Shown here: in pieces, positions 44,156 through 53,218 of the stretch
Layout of the letters: each line of letters begins with the position of its first letter
Numbering within the stretch: position 1 is the stretch's first letter
IMG/VR virus record: IMGVR_UViG_3300046507_000639
Coordinates: 64,001-128,000 of that record
DNA length: 64,000 nucleotides
Source: a virus
Taxonomy: Duplodnaviria; Heunggongvirae; Uroviricota; Caudoviricetes
Reading direction: 5' to 3' (one strand)
Made by a program: the position numbers and the translations under genes
The notes under the pieces: model-generated
Databases searched by the model: none
What the model was told of the DNA's origin: nothing
The model's input: the letters and a program-made list of their open reading frames with translations, nothing else

Positions 44156-46365
44156 CAGAATATCTTGTCCTTCTGTCCGAGGAGCGTCGAAACTATGTAC
44201 GCTCCCATCTGGTCCATCCTGTCGGCATGGTCGGAGCCGACGTCGAACTTGGTGTACGTGTCAGGCGCGTCGTCCTGCCGCTTGTTCTTGGTCTCTACGT
44301 CGGCGCCTGCCCCGTCCACGATGAGGGCCTGGACCCCGTTGATCGCGGTGTTGGCCATCTGCATCGGCGTGGAGTTCGCGGTGTTCTCGATCTTCGTCAC
44401 GGACGTCACGGCCTCCGTGGAGGGGTCTCGCGTCGTGCCCACGTCGGAGCCGTCGACTGTCTTGGAGACCGTGGAGGTGTCTCCCTTGACGTGCGACAGC
44501 GCCACGTTGATCTCCTCGTAGGTGAACGGAGACTTGCGGGAGCCGGTGAAGCCTGCCAGCATCATGGCGATGAGCACGATGTTGTCGTTTGAGTTACCTG
44601 ACGTGAGGTCTACCTGGGCGCAGTTGAGCATCGTTCCGGTCGGGTCCACGACGTTGAAGATGGCGTCGGTCAGGCCCGCGATCACCTTCGGGAGCAGTCC
44701 TGCCGGGACCATCGATGAGGCGGCCGAGAGCAGTGTCTTGCCGTCGGGCGACGTCGACTGCATCTGCCGGAGGCCCGCGATCAGTCCTCCGATGCGGTTC
44801 GAGTACGCTGCCTTGCCGGCGACCTGTCCGATGTATCCGTCCTCAAGCTTGTTAGTGACCCCGTCCACCACTCCCACGAGGAACGGGTTGTTGAACCGGA
44901 CTGACTGTGGGATGCCGTACTCGCCCGACGTGTTGGACGGGTTGTTCAGCATCGAGACGTCGGTGAGGGACCTGTAGCCCACGTCGCTCATCATCGGGAA
45001 GATGTCCTGTCGCGGCTGTCCCGATACGTTTCCGTTAGAGACCGTAGGGCACTTCACGAGGGCGGGGAGCAGCGTCGCGAGCGTCGAGTTGAGCGCGTCG
45101 GACGAGGAGTCGGGTGGGTCGTAGTCGGTGGTGTAGTCGACCGGCGTGTCGTAGAAGTTCGGCTTGATCACCTCAGTGGAGGCGTCCACCTCGGGCAGCA
45201 CGGACGTAGTCACGTCAGATATGTTCAGGTTCGCGGCGTAAGCGAGCTTGATCGCGTTGTCCTCCGACTGCAGGTAGCCGAGGTCGAGTGAGGTCTTGAT
45301 GAAGTCCTGCAGGACGTTCGTGTCTCGAGAGACAGAGACCGGGTTGGACGTCACGTTCAAGTTGAGAGAGCCGTCAGACTGCACGACGGAGTCGTCGGCG
45401 GAGGTCGAGAAGTCCTTGTCGACGTTCACGAGCCTGGACGGGTGGATCAGGGAGTTCTCAAAGCGGGTGCCGAAGACGTAGTTCTGGCTGGAGCCGTTGA
45501 GGATCACCGTCACCCGCGGCGCGTCGGTCAGGAAGTAGTCGAGGTAGAGCTCGTTGAAGTACAGGCTGTTGAGCATGTCCTTGGCTATGAGGTACACCGA
45601 GGACGGCGTGAAGCCTGGGAAGGAGAACGTGATGGCCTCGCCCATGTACGCCTCGGCGTCGGGCGCGAAGTAGACCTGCTCCGTGAATGCGCTGAAGACC
45701 TGTGCGGAAGCCGCGACACCGTCGAGGAGGTCTCGCACGACCGGCTCGTAGACGTTCACCGCGAGGTTCATGAGGTTCTTGACGATGATCTTCGTGGACA
45801 GCCCGGCCTGGGCGGTGAGGGTCTGCGGGCGGAGGCGGTACACGAGCAGGTCTCGGAGGTCGAGGTTCTCGCTCAACGGGTAGTCGAGGGAGGTGTAGTC
45901 GTCGCTCGGCTGGATCGTGACGATAGTGTAGTCGATGAGGTTCGAGGTGCGCACCGAGGCGTAGCCCACGTCCTGCTCAAACGCCACGAGGTTCTTCTGC
46001 TGCTCCTTGATGGAGGACACCGTCGCCTTCACGTTCGTGATCAGCTGCGATATGTTGATGTACCCGTCGAAGTTGAACTTGACGAGCGCGTCGACCTCCG
46101 AGGTGCTGAGCGAAGCTATGTTCTTCCGGTTGGGAGGAGACGTGACGTTGCGAACTTTCTTTGAGAAAGTAAAGCTGTTCGTCTTGGTGTCGTAGTAGAC
46201 CGGGTTCGTCTGCACGTTGCTGAGCAGGTCGGAGTTGGACGCGCCCTTGAGGCCGACGATCGGCACCGCGATGAACGCGTAGCGAGGGAACGAGAGGCCG
46301 TTCTCGAGGACGACCGTGTCCCCCACTTCTCTCGCTCCGGTCGGCAGAAACAGTTTGTAGTTCAC
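44155..46365 (-). CDS. Putative baseplate protein (736 aa) containing a degenerate peptidase-M15-like domain
   Basis: Lies between gp5 and gp25. LSENLDLRDLL...IVKNLMNLAVNVYEP...YMGEAITFSFPGFTP aligns by eye with the gp5 C-terminal M15 domain. Confidence 0.6.
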   Translation of the reverse strand: MNYKLFLPTGAREVGDTVVLENGLSFPRYAFIAVPIVGLKGASNSDLLSNVQTNPVYYDTKTNSFTFSKKVRNVTSPPNRKNIASLSTSEVDALVKFNFDGYINISQLITNVKATVSSIKEQQKNLVAFEQDVGYASVRTSNLIDYTIVTIQPSDDYTSLDYPLSENLDLRDLLVYRLRPQTLTAQAGLSTKIIVKNLMNLAVNVYEPVVRDLLDGVAASAQVFSAFTEQVYFAPDAEAYMGEAITFSFPGFTPSSVYLIAKDMLNSLYFNELYLDYFLTDAPRVTVILNGSSQNYVFGTRFENSLIHPSRLVNVDKDFSTSADDSVVQSDGSLNLNVTSNPVSVSRDTNVLQDFIKTSLDLGYLQSEDNAIKLAYAANLNISDVTTSVLPEVDASTEVIKPNFYDTPVDYTTDYDPPDSSSDALNSTLATLLPALVKCPTVSNGNVSGQPRQDIFPMMSDVGYRSLTDVSMLNNPSNTSGEYGIPQSVRFNNPFLVGVVDGVTNKLEDGYIGQVAGKAAYSNRIGGLIAGLRQMQSTSPDGKTLLSAASSMVPAGLLPKVIAGLTDAIFNVVDPTGTMLNCAQVDLTSGNSNDNIVLIAMMLAGFTGSRKSPFTYEEINVALSHVKGDTSTVSKTVDGSDVGTTRDPSTEAVTSVTKIENTANSTPMQMANTAINGVQALIVDGAGADVETKNKRQDDAPDTYTKFDVGSDHADRMDQMGAYIVSTLLGQKDKIF

Positions 46366-46366
46366 G

Positions 46367-49300
46367 TTAGCCGCTCCATGTCGCGCGGCTGCCCGGTCTC
46401 ACGTCGACGTGGGTGAACGTCGGGTAGCGACCGATGCCGTGCGCTGCTGGTATGTTGTTGATGATGTAGTCGTGGACCTGCGCCGGCGTGTAGCCCGCGA
46501 TGACGATGTCGGAGGCTCGACCGTACATGTGCTGTGAGTTCTTGGCGCCGCCGATCCTCGCGTTGTACCAGGGCGGGCGGAGGCCCGAGTGGATCGTGAC
46601 CTTGCCCAGGCGACGCGTGAGGACGTCGAGGACGTTCACGGCCAGCTTGGACATGTTCGCCACGATCTCGTCGCAGGACACTCGCCCCGACGGGAGGTCG
46701 AGGTAGGCCGGCATGTCAAACTTGTTGCCGCCCGACTGGAGCATGTCCGCGAGGGTGAAGAACTCGCTGATCTTCTGGTTCCTGTCGGTGTACTTCGTGG
46801 CCTGCGGCGGGAGCGACACGTCGGACTCAGAGCCGCGGGTGGCCGGGCCCGAGCCCACGCCGGTGTTCGGGCTGGTGCCGTTCGCGGGGGTGCTGTTGAG
46901 TCCCGCGTTAGCGTCGAAGTTCGGCGCCGGGTTGAAGATGCCGGGGTCCTTGCTGAAGCAGTCCTTGTAGATAGAAGCAGCGTAGCCCGCACGGTTGCCC
47001 CACTCGTTGCCCGCGAAGACGCCGTTGGTGGCAGACTCGAAGCCGTTGAACCGCTCGTAGAGCGCGGCGGACTTGACGGCGTCGGAGAGGTTGTTCGTCT
47101 TGTACGTGGTGGCCGCGCCGCCCGCGACTCCGTTCGGGTTGTTCTGGAGCTCGTACATCACGTAGTCGAGCTGTCCGTCGACGGTAGTGGACCGGTCTCC
47201 GAGGTAGGACTGCATCATGCTCTTGCGGTTGCCCGAGTCAGTCCACTGCGCGATGCCGGTGGCTCCGATGGAGTTCGTGGAGGTCGGGTTGAAGCGAGAC
47301 TCCTGCATGAAGCCGCCCGCGTACGCCGCCGCTGCCTCCTGGGTCATGCCGCGCTGGACGAGTCCGTTCGCTACCTCGCAGCCGTTGGACGACGATGAGC
47401 CGAGCGACACGGTGTCGAAGTTGGAGCGAGCGAAGTTCGATGGGTTTGCGGGTGAGTTGCTGTTCTGGGTGGCGCCCGAGTTGAAGGCCGAGCGCGTGGG
47501 TGAGGTGCCGACGTTGTTGCCCATCTCGTCGTGGGCCTCCATCTCCTGACGCTTTCCGAAGGTCATGTCGACCGCGGAGGGGTTGGACTCAGGGCTGGAG
47601 ACGACTGACACCGGCTGGAACTTGGCGGGGAAGTCGAACGTCGTGATGGACGGGGCGTCGGTGTGGTCGGCGATCGTGCCCTCGTCGAACGAGTAGTGCC
47701 CGCCGTCGAAGGTGATGTTGCCGCCGCTCGCGTTGACGCCCACTCCGCCGGAAGCGTTGAGGGACATCTTGCCGCCCGTGGTGTTCTCGATGGAGGAGCC
47801 GAACGTCTTGAGCGCTCCGGTGGCCGCGATCGTGCCTGCGCCCGCGGTCGTCGCCAGGAGGTCTCCCTTCGAGAAGATGGAGGTCTGGCCGTTGGAAGCC
47901 ATCGCGAGGTTGCCCTTCGTCATCACGGTCCTGTTGCCGAGCGTCATGTCCACGCTGTAGTTGGACTTGATCGTGTGCGAGCCGGTGGTGACGGTGGTGC
48001 GCGACAGCCCGGCCTGGTCTACCATGGAGCCGGCCGTGAGGTCCTGTCGGTTGCCGCCGACCTCGAGGTTGTAGTCCTTGCCGACCTCGACGAAGTGTCC
48101 CGCCTTGGACTGCTGCTTGAAGACGCCCTCGACCATCGCGGTCTTGTTGCCCGAGACGAACTCGTCGGTCGCGGCGGACACGATGGCGAAGCGACCGCCG
48201 ACCTCGAGGATGAAGTCGCCCGCGATCTTTATCTTCTTGTTGCCGTTTATCGTCTCAGTAGCGTCACCGTTAGATACGATATTATGAGAACCTTGAGCAA
48301 GACTGTACATGTCGCCCTGCGCCATGTGGACGATAGAGCCGTCCGGTCTGATCTCGTGAGCAGACCCCGTAGGAGATACAGTGACAAGTCTCTGCTTACC
48401 CGGAGTATCATCAGCGTAGATAGCGTGGCCACCAGGAGTTTCTCGTATAACGTGAGTGAAGCCATACTCTCCTCCCCAGCCGACCGTCGGCACCTGGACG
48501 GAGTCGATGACGCCCACGGCGGTGCGGTTCGAGGCGTTCCTCGGGTCCTGCGTGTAGAACTTGGTGAGGTTGCCCTTGATCGCCTGGATAGCGGGAGGCA
48601 GCCTGTTGGCGGTCGAAGTGCCGTTGTAGCGTGCGACGACCGGGTAGTCCTGGCCGTAGTTGATCGCGGGGTACGTGCCGCGCGGGTCGTGGAACGCCGT
48701 GGGCGAGGGAGTGACCCCGTCGAACTGGGTCTTGACCGGTATGTTGTCCGTGCCGAGCACCTTGGGCGAGCCGTCGGCGGCGACGTTCACGTTGTTCGGG
48801 AAGACGTCCTTCAGCGACTCCGAGACGTTGAAGTTCGGCTTGACGCCCGAGCCGTCTTTCGTCAGGTTGTTGGCGCCGTCGATCACGGCCTTGGGGTACT
48901 TCTTCAGCAGCACCGTCAGGAGTCGCTTGAGGGCGTTCATCTGTGGGACGGTGAACCTGTCTCCCATCGACGCCGTGTAGTCCCTCTTCGGGTCGTCGGG
49001 CAGGCCGCCCACGAGGCAGACTCGGACCGTGTTGGAGGTGGTGCCTCGCGAGACGATGTTCTCGAGGTCGTCGCCCGAGTCGATGGACTTAGACAGCTGA
49101 TTCTGCGGGAAGACCTGTCCCTGCGCGCTGATCACGAAGTGGTACTGGTCGAGTCCCGTGAACGACTTCAGGGGGAGCGACGCGTTGGACTTGCGGGTGG
49201 AGTTGTGCTCCACGAGGATGAGGCCGGCCTGGTCAGGCGAGTTGTCGAGGGCCTTCTCGTAGTTCGTGCCGACGTCGACCGTGCCCGTGTTGGCGTTGAT

Positions 49301-50059
49301 GTTCACGCCGTCCAGCGAGGACACGCCGAGCATCTGGGCCAGGGAGGTGTTCGAGTACTTGTCGATGTACGAGACGATGTTGTAGCCCTCGGTGGGGTTA
49401 GAACGGATCTTCTCGCTGTTAGAGATAACGTCGTAGATCTGGGTGGCGCGGAGGTCGTTAGTGGAGGACACCACTGAGAGGATGGAGTTGGCCTGGACGG
49501 TGGAGCCCGGCACGATCGGTCCCGTCAGCCCCGAGCTGATGACGTTGGCGTACGACGAGAGGTCGACCGCGTCGGAGGCGTCAGAGACGGTCGGGCCGTA
49601 CGAACCTGGCGCTGCCGACGAGACCTGGCCGAGCGAGACGGACTGGGTGAGTCCCGCGATGCCGTCAGAGCCAGTCGTCGAGATAGACTGGCCGGCGTCC
49701 ACGAGGGTCTGCTGCACCCGCGAGGGCTTGGGGTTGCCCGGGATGGTGCCGATGACGATGGGCTGCTGGGCGTCGCGGCCGTCCGAGAAGAAGCCGATGA
49801 CCCAGGAGCCCTCGACGAGCCCGTGCGTGGCGCCGATGCCCGACATGCCCGCCGAGGTAGTGGGCAGCATCACGTGCGCCCAGGGCAGGTCGGTCGTCGG
49901 GACGAGTGACTTGTCGTCGGGGTGGTAGCCGAGGCAGCGGGCCTGGACCCGGCCCTGCATGAGCGGGTCCTGTATGGACTCGACGACGCCCGCGAACCAG
50001 AAGCTGGTGTCGAACGTGCTGAACGTCATGTCGGTCGTGGTCGGGACGTGTCTCTTCAT
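46367..50059 (-). CDS. gp5: Baseplate hub / tail spike: OB-fold + amidase_2-like + beta-helix + phage tail lysozyme + M15 peptidase
   Basis: GVVES.QDPL.QGRVQ.R..G.H...DLPWA; ETPGGH...DDTPG..R+...PTG (T4 gp5 beta-helix start); QES.FNP...GA.GIAQW; SG.R...N..IGGA.NSQH..G.A.D...THVD. Confidence 0.88.
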   Translation of the reverse strand: MKRHVPTTTDMTFSTFDTSFWFAGVVESIQDPLMQGRVQARCLGYHPDDKSLVPTTDLPWAHVMLPTTSAGMSGIGATHGLVEGSWVIGFFSDGRDAQQPIVIGTIPGNPKPSRVQQTLVDAGQSISTTGSDGIAGLTQSVSLGQVSSAAPGSYGPTVSDASDAVDLSSYANVISSGLTGPIVPGSTVQANSILSVVSSTNDLRATQIYDVISNSEKIRSNPTEGYNIVSYIDKYSNTSLAQMLGVSSLDGVNINANTGTVDVGTNYEKALDNSPDQAGLILVEHNSTRKSNASLPLKSFTGLDQYHFVISAQGQVFPQNQLSKSIDSGDDLENIVSRGTTSNTVRVCLVGGLPDDPKRDYTASMGDRFTVPQMNALKRLLTVLLKKYPKAVIDGANNLTKDGSGVKPNFNVSESLKDVFPNNVNVAADGSPKVLGTDNIPVKTQFDGVTPSPTAFHDPRGTYPAINYGQDYPVVARYNGTSTANRLPPAIQAIKGNLTKFYTQDPRNASNRTAVGVIDSVQVPTVGWGGEYGFTHVIRETPGGHAIYADDTPGKQRLVTVSPTGSAHEIRPDGSIVHMAQGDMYSLAQGSHNIVSNGDATETINGNKKIKIAGDFILEVGGRFAIVSAATDEFVSGNKTAMVEGVFKQQSKAGHFVEVGKDYNLEVGGNRQDLTAGSMVDQAGLSRTTVTTGSHTIKSNYSVDMTLGNRTVMTKGNLAMASNGQTSIFSKGDLLATTAGAGTIAATGALKTFGSSIENTTGGKMSLNASGGVGVNASGGNITFDGGHYSFDEGTIADHTDAPSITTFDFPAKFQPVSVVSSPESNPSAVDMTFGKRQEMEAHDEMGNNVGTSPTRSAFNSGATQNSNSPANPSNFARSNFDTVSLGSSSSNGCEVANGLVQRGMTQEAAAAYAGGFMQESRFNPTSTNSIGATGIAQWTDSGNRKSMMQSYLGDRSTTVDGQLDYVMYELQNNPNGVAGGAATTYKTNNLSDAVKSAALYERFNGFESATNGVFAGNEWGNRAGYAASIYKDCFSKDPGIFNPAPNFDANAGLNSTPANGTSPNTGVGSGPATRGSESDVSLPPQATKYTDRNQKISEFFTLADMLQSGGNKFDMPAYLDLPSGRVSCDEIVANMSKLAVNVLDVLTRRLGKVTIHSGLRPPWYNARIGGAKNSQHMYGRASDIVIAGYTPAQVHDYIINNIPAAHGIGRYPTFTHVDVRPGSRATWSG
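48247..48465 (-). CDS. Putative overprinted membrane protein in the +1 frame of gp5 (72 aa)
   Basis: GGAGGAG SD just before ATG; 30 of 72 codons are NTN; the gp5 codon-bias anomaly is confined to this interval. Confidence 0.65.
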   Translation of the reverse strand: MASLTLYEKLLVATLSTLMILRVSRDLSLYLLRGLLTRSDRTALSSTWRRATCTVLLKVLIISYLTVTLLRR

Positions 50060-51381
50060 CAGTTGATCTGTGCCTTCAGTCGAGAGTCCATGTTAGTGAT
50101 GGCAGCGTCGAAGCCGTCCTTGTAGAGGTCGAGCTGCATCGAGTGCTTGTCGGGCGCGAGGAAGATGTTTCGTGCCGAGCCGATGATGTACCGGCCTGAG
50201 AGGTGCGGGTCGTCGGAGACCTCGTCGTCGGCAGTGAACTCGGGTATCTTCAGGGTGATCAGGTCTCCCACGTCTACTGTGGAGTCTCCCGGCACCGTGA
50301 TCGTGAGCGACAGCTGGTTCAGCGCGAGTCGGTTGACGAGGTTCTTGCCGGCGGGCTTCATGAAGTTGAAGTTCTGGTCTACCCGACGCTCCTTCCACGA
50401 GGTGATGTTGCCTGACAGACCCATCGCGTCGGCGCGGACGTACTTCTCGATGAAGGCCGGCGTGTTCATCTTCTCGTTCGCGATGTAGGGGTTCACGTCC
50501 TTGTACGAGGTGACGTTCGAGTAGATCATCTTGTCGTCGAAGGAGTACTCGAGGGCCTCGTTGTTGAGCATGCCCTGAGACACGCGCTCGATGGTGTCGA
50601 ACGTCGAGTTCACCTTGAGCGAGAGTATGCGCCGCGGGTCCATGCCCGAGTCGCGCTGGTTGCCGAACTTGTCAGAGATGTACACGTAGTAGTTCTGGGA
50701 CTTGTTCAGCGGGCTGGAGACGATGCCTGCGAGGGTCTTGAAGTACACTCCGTCGAACCGCTCGAAGAACAGGAAGAAGTCCTCCTCGCTGTCCTTGGAC
50801 TTGACGCGGGACGAGAGGAACTCTATGGCGTCGTACGGGCGCAGGTACGGGATGCAGAGCACCTTGTTCGGGTCTATGCACGGGTCCACGAAGAGGGTCT
50901 TGTCGGTCTGCAGGTACGTCTTCAGCACGTCCTTGACGATCTCGTCGGCCGTGAGGGTGTTCCTGTAGGACTTCGCGACGAACGTGGACGCGTTGGCGAG
51001 CGCCTCCTCGGAGCAGAACTCCAGGACGTACGAGGACTTGGCTCCCTTGGAGTCGGGCAGTATGTCTCGGACGCGGTAGATGACTCCCTTGAAGTCCTTC
51101 GCGGCGTTGCCGGGCGTGTTGAACCTGATCTCGATCGTCTCCTCGCCGATGATGGGCATGCGCGTGAGGAGCGCGTGGGTGTCGACGACGAGGACGTGGC
51201 CGAAGATGCAGTTCTCAAAGATGGAGTTGGTGATGTTCATCTCCGTGAAGATCTCGCGCACGTCGACCGTCTGGCCGGCGTGGTTTGTAATCTTAACGAA
51301 AGATACCTCGACGTTGTGGGCGAGGCCGAGGTCGTACGAGGAGGTGTACTCGTCGACCTGCACCGTGTTGGAGTCAGCCAT
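50059..51381 (-). CDS. Baseplate hub protein (gp27-like)
   Basis: +.E+.I.ESIF...+.G.+.+.D...L+..+PI.GEE.+.I pattern, IP...P+.AI.+L, F+F+E..DG+.F, G...+.VGD.I; upstream of gp5. Confidence 0.72.
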   Translation of the reverse strand: MADSNTVQVDEYTSSYDLGLAHNVEVSFVKITNHAGQTVDVREIFTEMNITNSIFENCIFGHVLVVDTHALLTRMPIIGEETIEIRFNTPGNAAKDFKGVIYRVRDILPDSKGAKSSYVLEFCSEEALANASTFVAKSYRNTLTADEIVKDVLKTYLQTDKTLFVDPCIDPNKVLCIPYLRPYDAIEFLSSRVKSKDSEEDFFLFFERFDGVYFKTLAGIVSSPLNKSQNYYVYISDKFGNQRDSGMDPRRILSLKVNSTFDTIERVSQGMLNNEALEYSFDDKMIYSNVTSYKDVNPYIANEKMNTPAFIEKYVRADAMGLSGNITSWKERRVDQNFNFMKPAGKNLVNRLALNQLSLTITVPGDSTVDVGDLITLKIPEFTADDEVSDDPHLSGRYIIGSARNIFLAPDKHSMQLDLYKDGFDAAITNMDSRLKAQIN

Positions 51382-51895
51382 AGATCTTACCGATCTCCGA
51401 TACTATCTGGGTGGCGTACGAGACGTCGATGAGTCGGATGTTCCTCTTGTTCTCGTTGAGCATGTCCTCGTAGTCGTAGGCGTAGACGGGGGTGTCCCAG
51501 CCCGTGAGGAAATTGACGTCGAGCAGCGACTTCGTGTCGGGCGTCATGTAGTAGTCGAAGTTCGGGTTGGACCAGTAGAGTATCGTGGACAGGGCCGTCT
51601 GCGCGTCACCGTACTTCTTGACGATGTAGCTCTTGAACTCAGACTGGTTCATCGGCCAGTCGTAGTACGGGTCCACGATGTCGTTAGCCATGTACACGAG
51701 CCAGTAGAGCTCGGAGTTGCCGTAGTAGTCGTATGCGATCGTGTCGGCCCGTTCGCCGTCGCGTATCACGAACGGGTGGAAGACCTGGACGGTGTCGAGG
51801 ACGCTCTTGATGATGTCCGACTTGAGCGTGAGGTTGCGGAGGGAGACTCCGCCGTAGTTTATCGTCGGGAAGTTCTCGAAGAATTTAGCTGCCAC
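51374..51895 (-). CDS. gp53: Baseplate wedge subunit
   Basis: FF..FP.I.Y, I.DGER.D.IAY.YYG...LYWL+..AN.I.DP..DWP, YE..LNE.KR.I.L. Confidence 0.92.
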   Translation of the reverse strand: MAAKFFENFPTINYGGVSLRNLTLKSDIIKSVLDTVQVFHPFVIRDGERADTIAYDYYGNSELYWLVYMANDIVDPYYDWPMNQSEFKSYIVKKYGDAQTALSTILYWSNPNFDYYMTPDTKSLLDVNFLTGWDTPVYAYDYEDMLNENKRNIRLIDVSYATQIVSEIGKIYG

Positions 51896-52721
51896 TTCCT
51901 ACTCCCGTCGTCTGGTTTCCAGTGGTCGTCGCCTGCTCTCCGTCGAAGTCCTCGCGGGTCAGCGCCTCGACCTCCTGCAGGGTGATCGACAGCGTGATCG
52001 TGACCGGGCTGCCGTCGATGAAGAAGGCGTTCGGTCGCCCGTCGGTGTAGTCGACCTGCACGTCCTGCACGACTGACTTGAAGACCGGGTAGAGGAAGGA
52101 CGAGCCGTAGAAGGTGACGTACACCTCGTCGGGGAAGCCCAGGATGAAGCTGCTCTTGCGCGTCGGGTGCATCCTCAGGCGGAGCTGCTTGACGATGTTC
52201 TGGAGGGCGATCGCCTCGCTCTGGCTGGTAGGCGAGAGCTGCCACGTGAAGTTGTGCGTGCGCAGGTTGGTGTTCTGGAAGAGGTTCACGAGGTGCGGGT
52301 TGGTCACCGTGCCCGAGAGGTAGTCGAGCACTTGGACCGGCTTGGTGTCCGCGAAGGTCGACCTCACGAAGCCCTGCAGCGCCTGCTCTCCGACCGTGCG
52401 GTCGATGTCGTTGGTGCCCGCGATGGAGCCGGCCTTCGACATTATCTTGTCGTACGCCTCGATGCCGCCCGCGATCCAGCTCAGCTCGGCGCCCGAGTAG
52501 TTGATCGAGTACTGCTCCTTGAGGTTGAACGGGAGCGGCAGGACGATGTCGGCGGTGGACGCGACGGCGGTGGTCTGCACCTTGGGGTTGGCCCGCGCGT
52601 ACTTCACGAAGTTGAAGCGCGAGAAGTAAGCCCCCTGAGTCGCGGGGAACTGCAGGAGGTTGGCAGAAGTGAGGTTAGCTTGACTTGCGTCGATCGCGGC
52701 GCGCGGGTCTGATGTGGCCAC
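51885..52721 (-). CDS. gp48: Baseplate tail-tube cap
   Basis: I.LP+P.NL...YS+.Y, NP....+FQ...LRTH.F.W.L.P.S..E...+..I+, V.VDY, +T+S+...E. Confidence 0.82.
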   Translation of the reverse strand: MATSDPRAAIDASQANLTSANLLQFPATQGAYFSRFNFVKYARANPKVQTTAVASTADIVLPLPFNLKEQYSINYSGAELSWIAGGIEAYDKIMSKAGSIAGTNDIDRTVGEQALQGFVRSTFADTKPVQVLDYLSGTVTNPHLVNLFQNTNLRTHNFTWQLSPTSQSEAIALQNIVKQLRLRMHPTRKSSFILGFPDEVYVTFYGSSFLYPVFKSVVQDVQVDYTDGRPNAFFIDGSPVTITLSITLQEVEALTREDFDGEQATTTGNQTTGVGSGS

Positions 52722-52730
52722 TTGGCCCTC

Positions 52731-52738
52731 TATAAATA
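52731..52738 (+). promoter_or_regulatory. Late promoter for gp4-gp2-gp54
   Basis: Exact TATAAATA. Confidence 0.8.
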
Positions 52739-52769
52739 GGTGAGATCTAGCTCAATACTCGTTCAAGGC

Positions 52770-52777
52770 TATTTATC
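52770..52777 (-). promoter_or_regulatory. Late promoter for the gp48 operon
   Basis: GATAAATA. Confidence 0.7.
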
Positions 52778-52783
52778 AGGAAG

Positions 52784-53218
52784 ATGGCGGCGTACCGGCA
52801 GGGCTTCTTCAAGCCACGCAACCCAAAGAAGTACAGGGGCGACCCGACCCGGATCGTGTACCGGTCCTCGTGGGAGCTCAAGTGCATGCAGAAGTTCGAC
52901 GAGCACCCCGACGTCGTCGAGTGGTCCTCGGAGGAGCTGATCGTGCCGTACATGGACGTGAGCTCGGGCAAGCAGCGCCGGTACTTCCCTGACTTCATCG
53001 TCAAGAAGGCCGACGGCACCACCTTCATGGTGGAGGTGAAGCCCGAGAAGGAGACACACCCTCCCGCGCTGAGCAAGAAGAAGACGACGAAGTACCTGCG
53101 CGAGGTGCTCACGTGGGGCACGAACTCCAGCAAGTGGAGCGCGGCAGAGGCCTACTGTAAGAGACGCGGGTGGATCTTTATGGTCATGACTGAGAAGGAC
53201 ATATTCGGTGCCAAGTAG
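52784..53218 (+). CDS. gp4: Head completion nuclease (TnsA-like PD-(D/E)xK)
   Basis: Y.G.FKP.NP.KY.GDP..IVYRSSWE, WSSEE..+PY, RYFPDF, +VEVKP, N..KW.AA..YC. Confidence 0.93.
   Translation: MAAYRQGFFKPRNPKKYRGDPTRIVYRSSWELKCMQKFDEHPDVVEWSSEELIVPYMDVSSGKQRRYFPDFIVKKADGTTFMVEVKPEKETHPPALSKKKTTKYLREVLTWGTNSSKWSAAEAYCKRRGWIFMVMTEKDIFGAK

Noticed and set aside
51285-51315. Short AT-rich patch near the 5' end of the hub gene
   Set aside because: It contains no late box, no sigma70 pair and no alternative ORF, and is too short to interpret.
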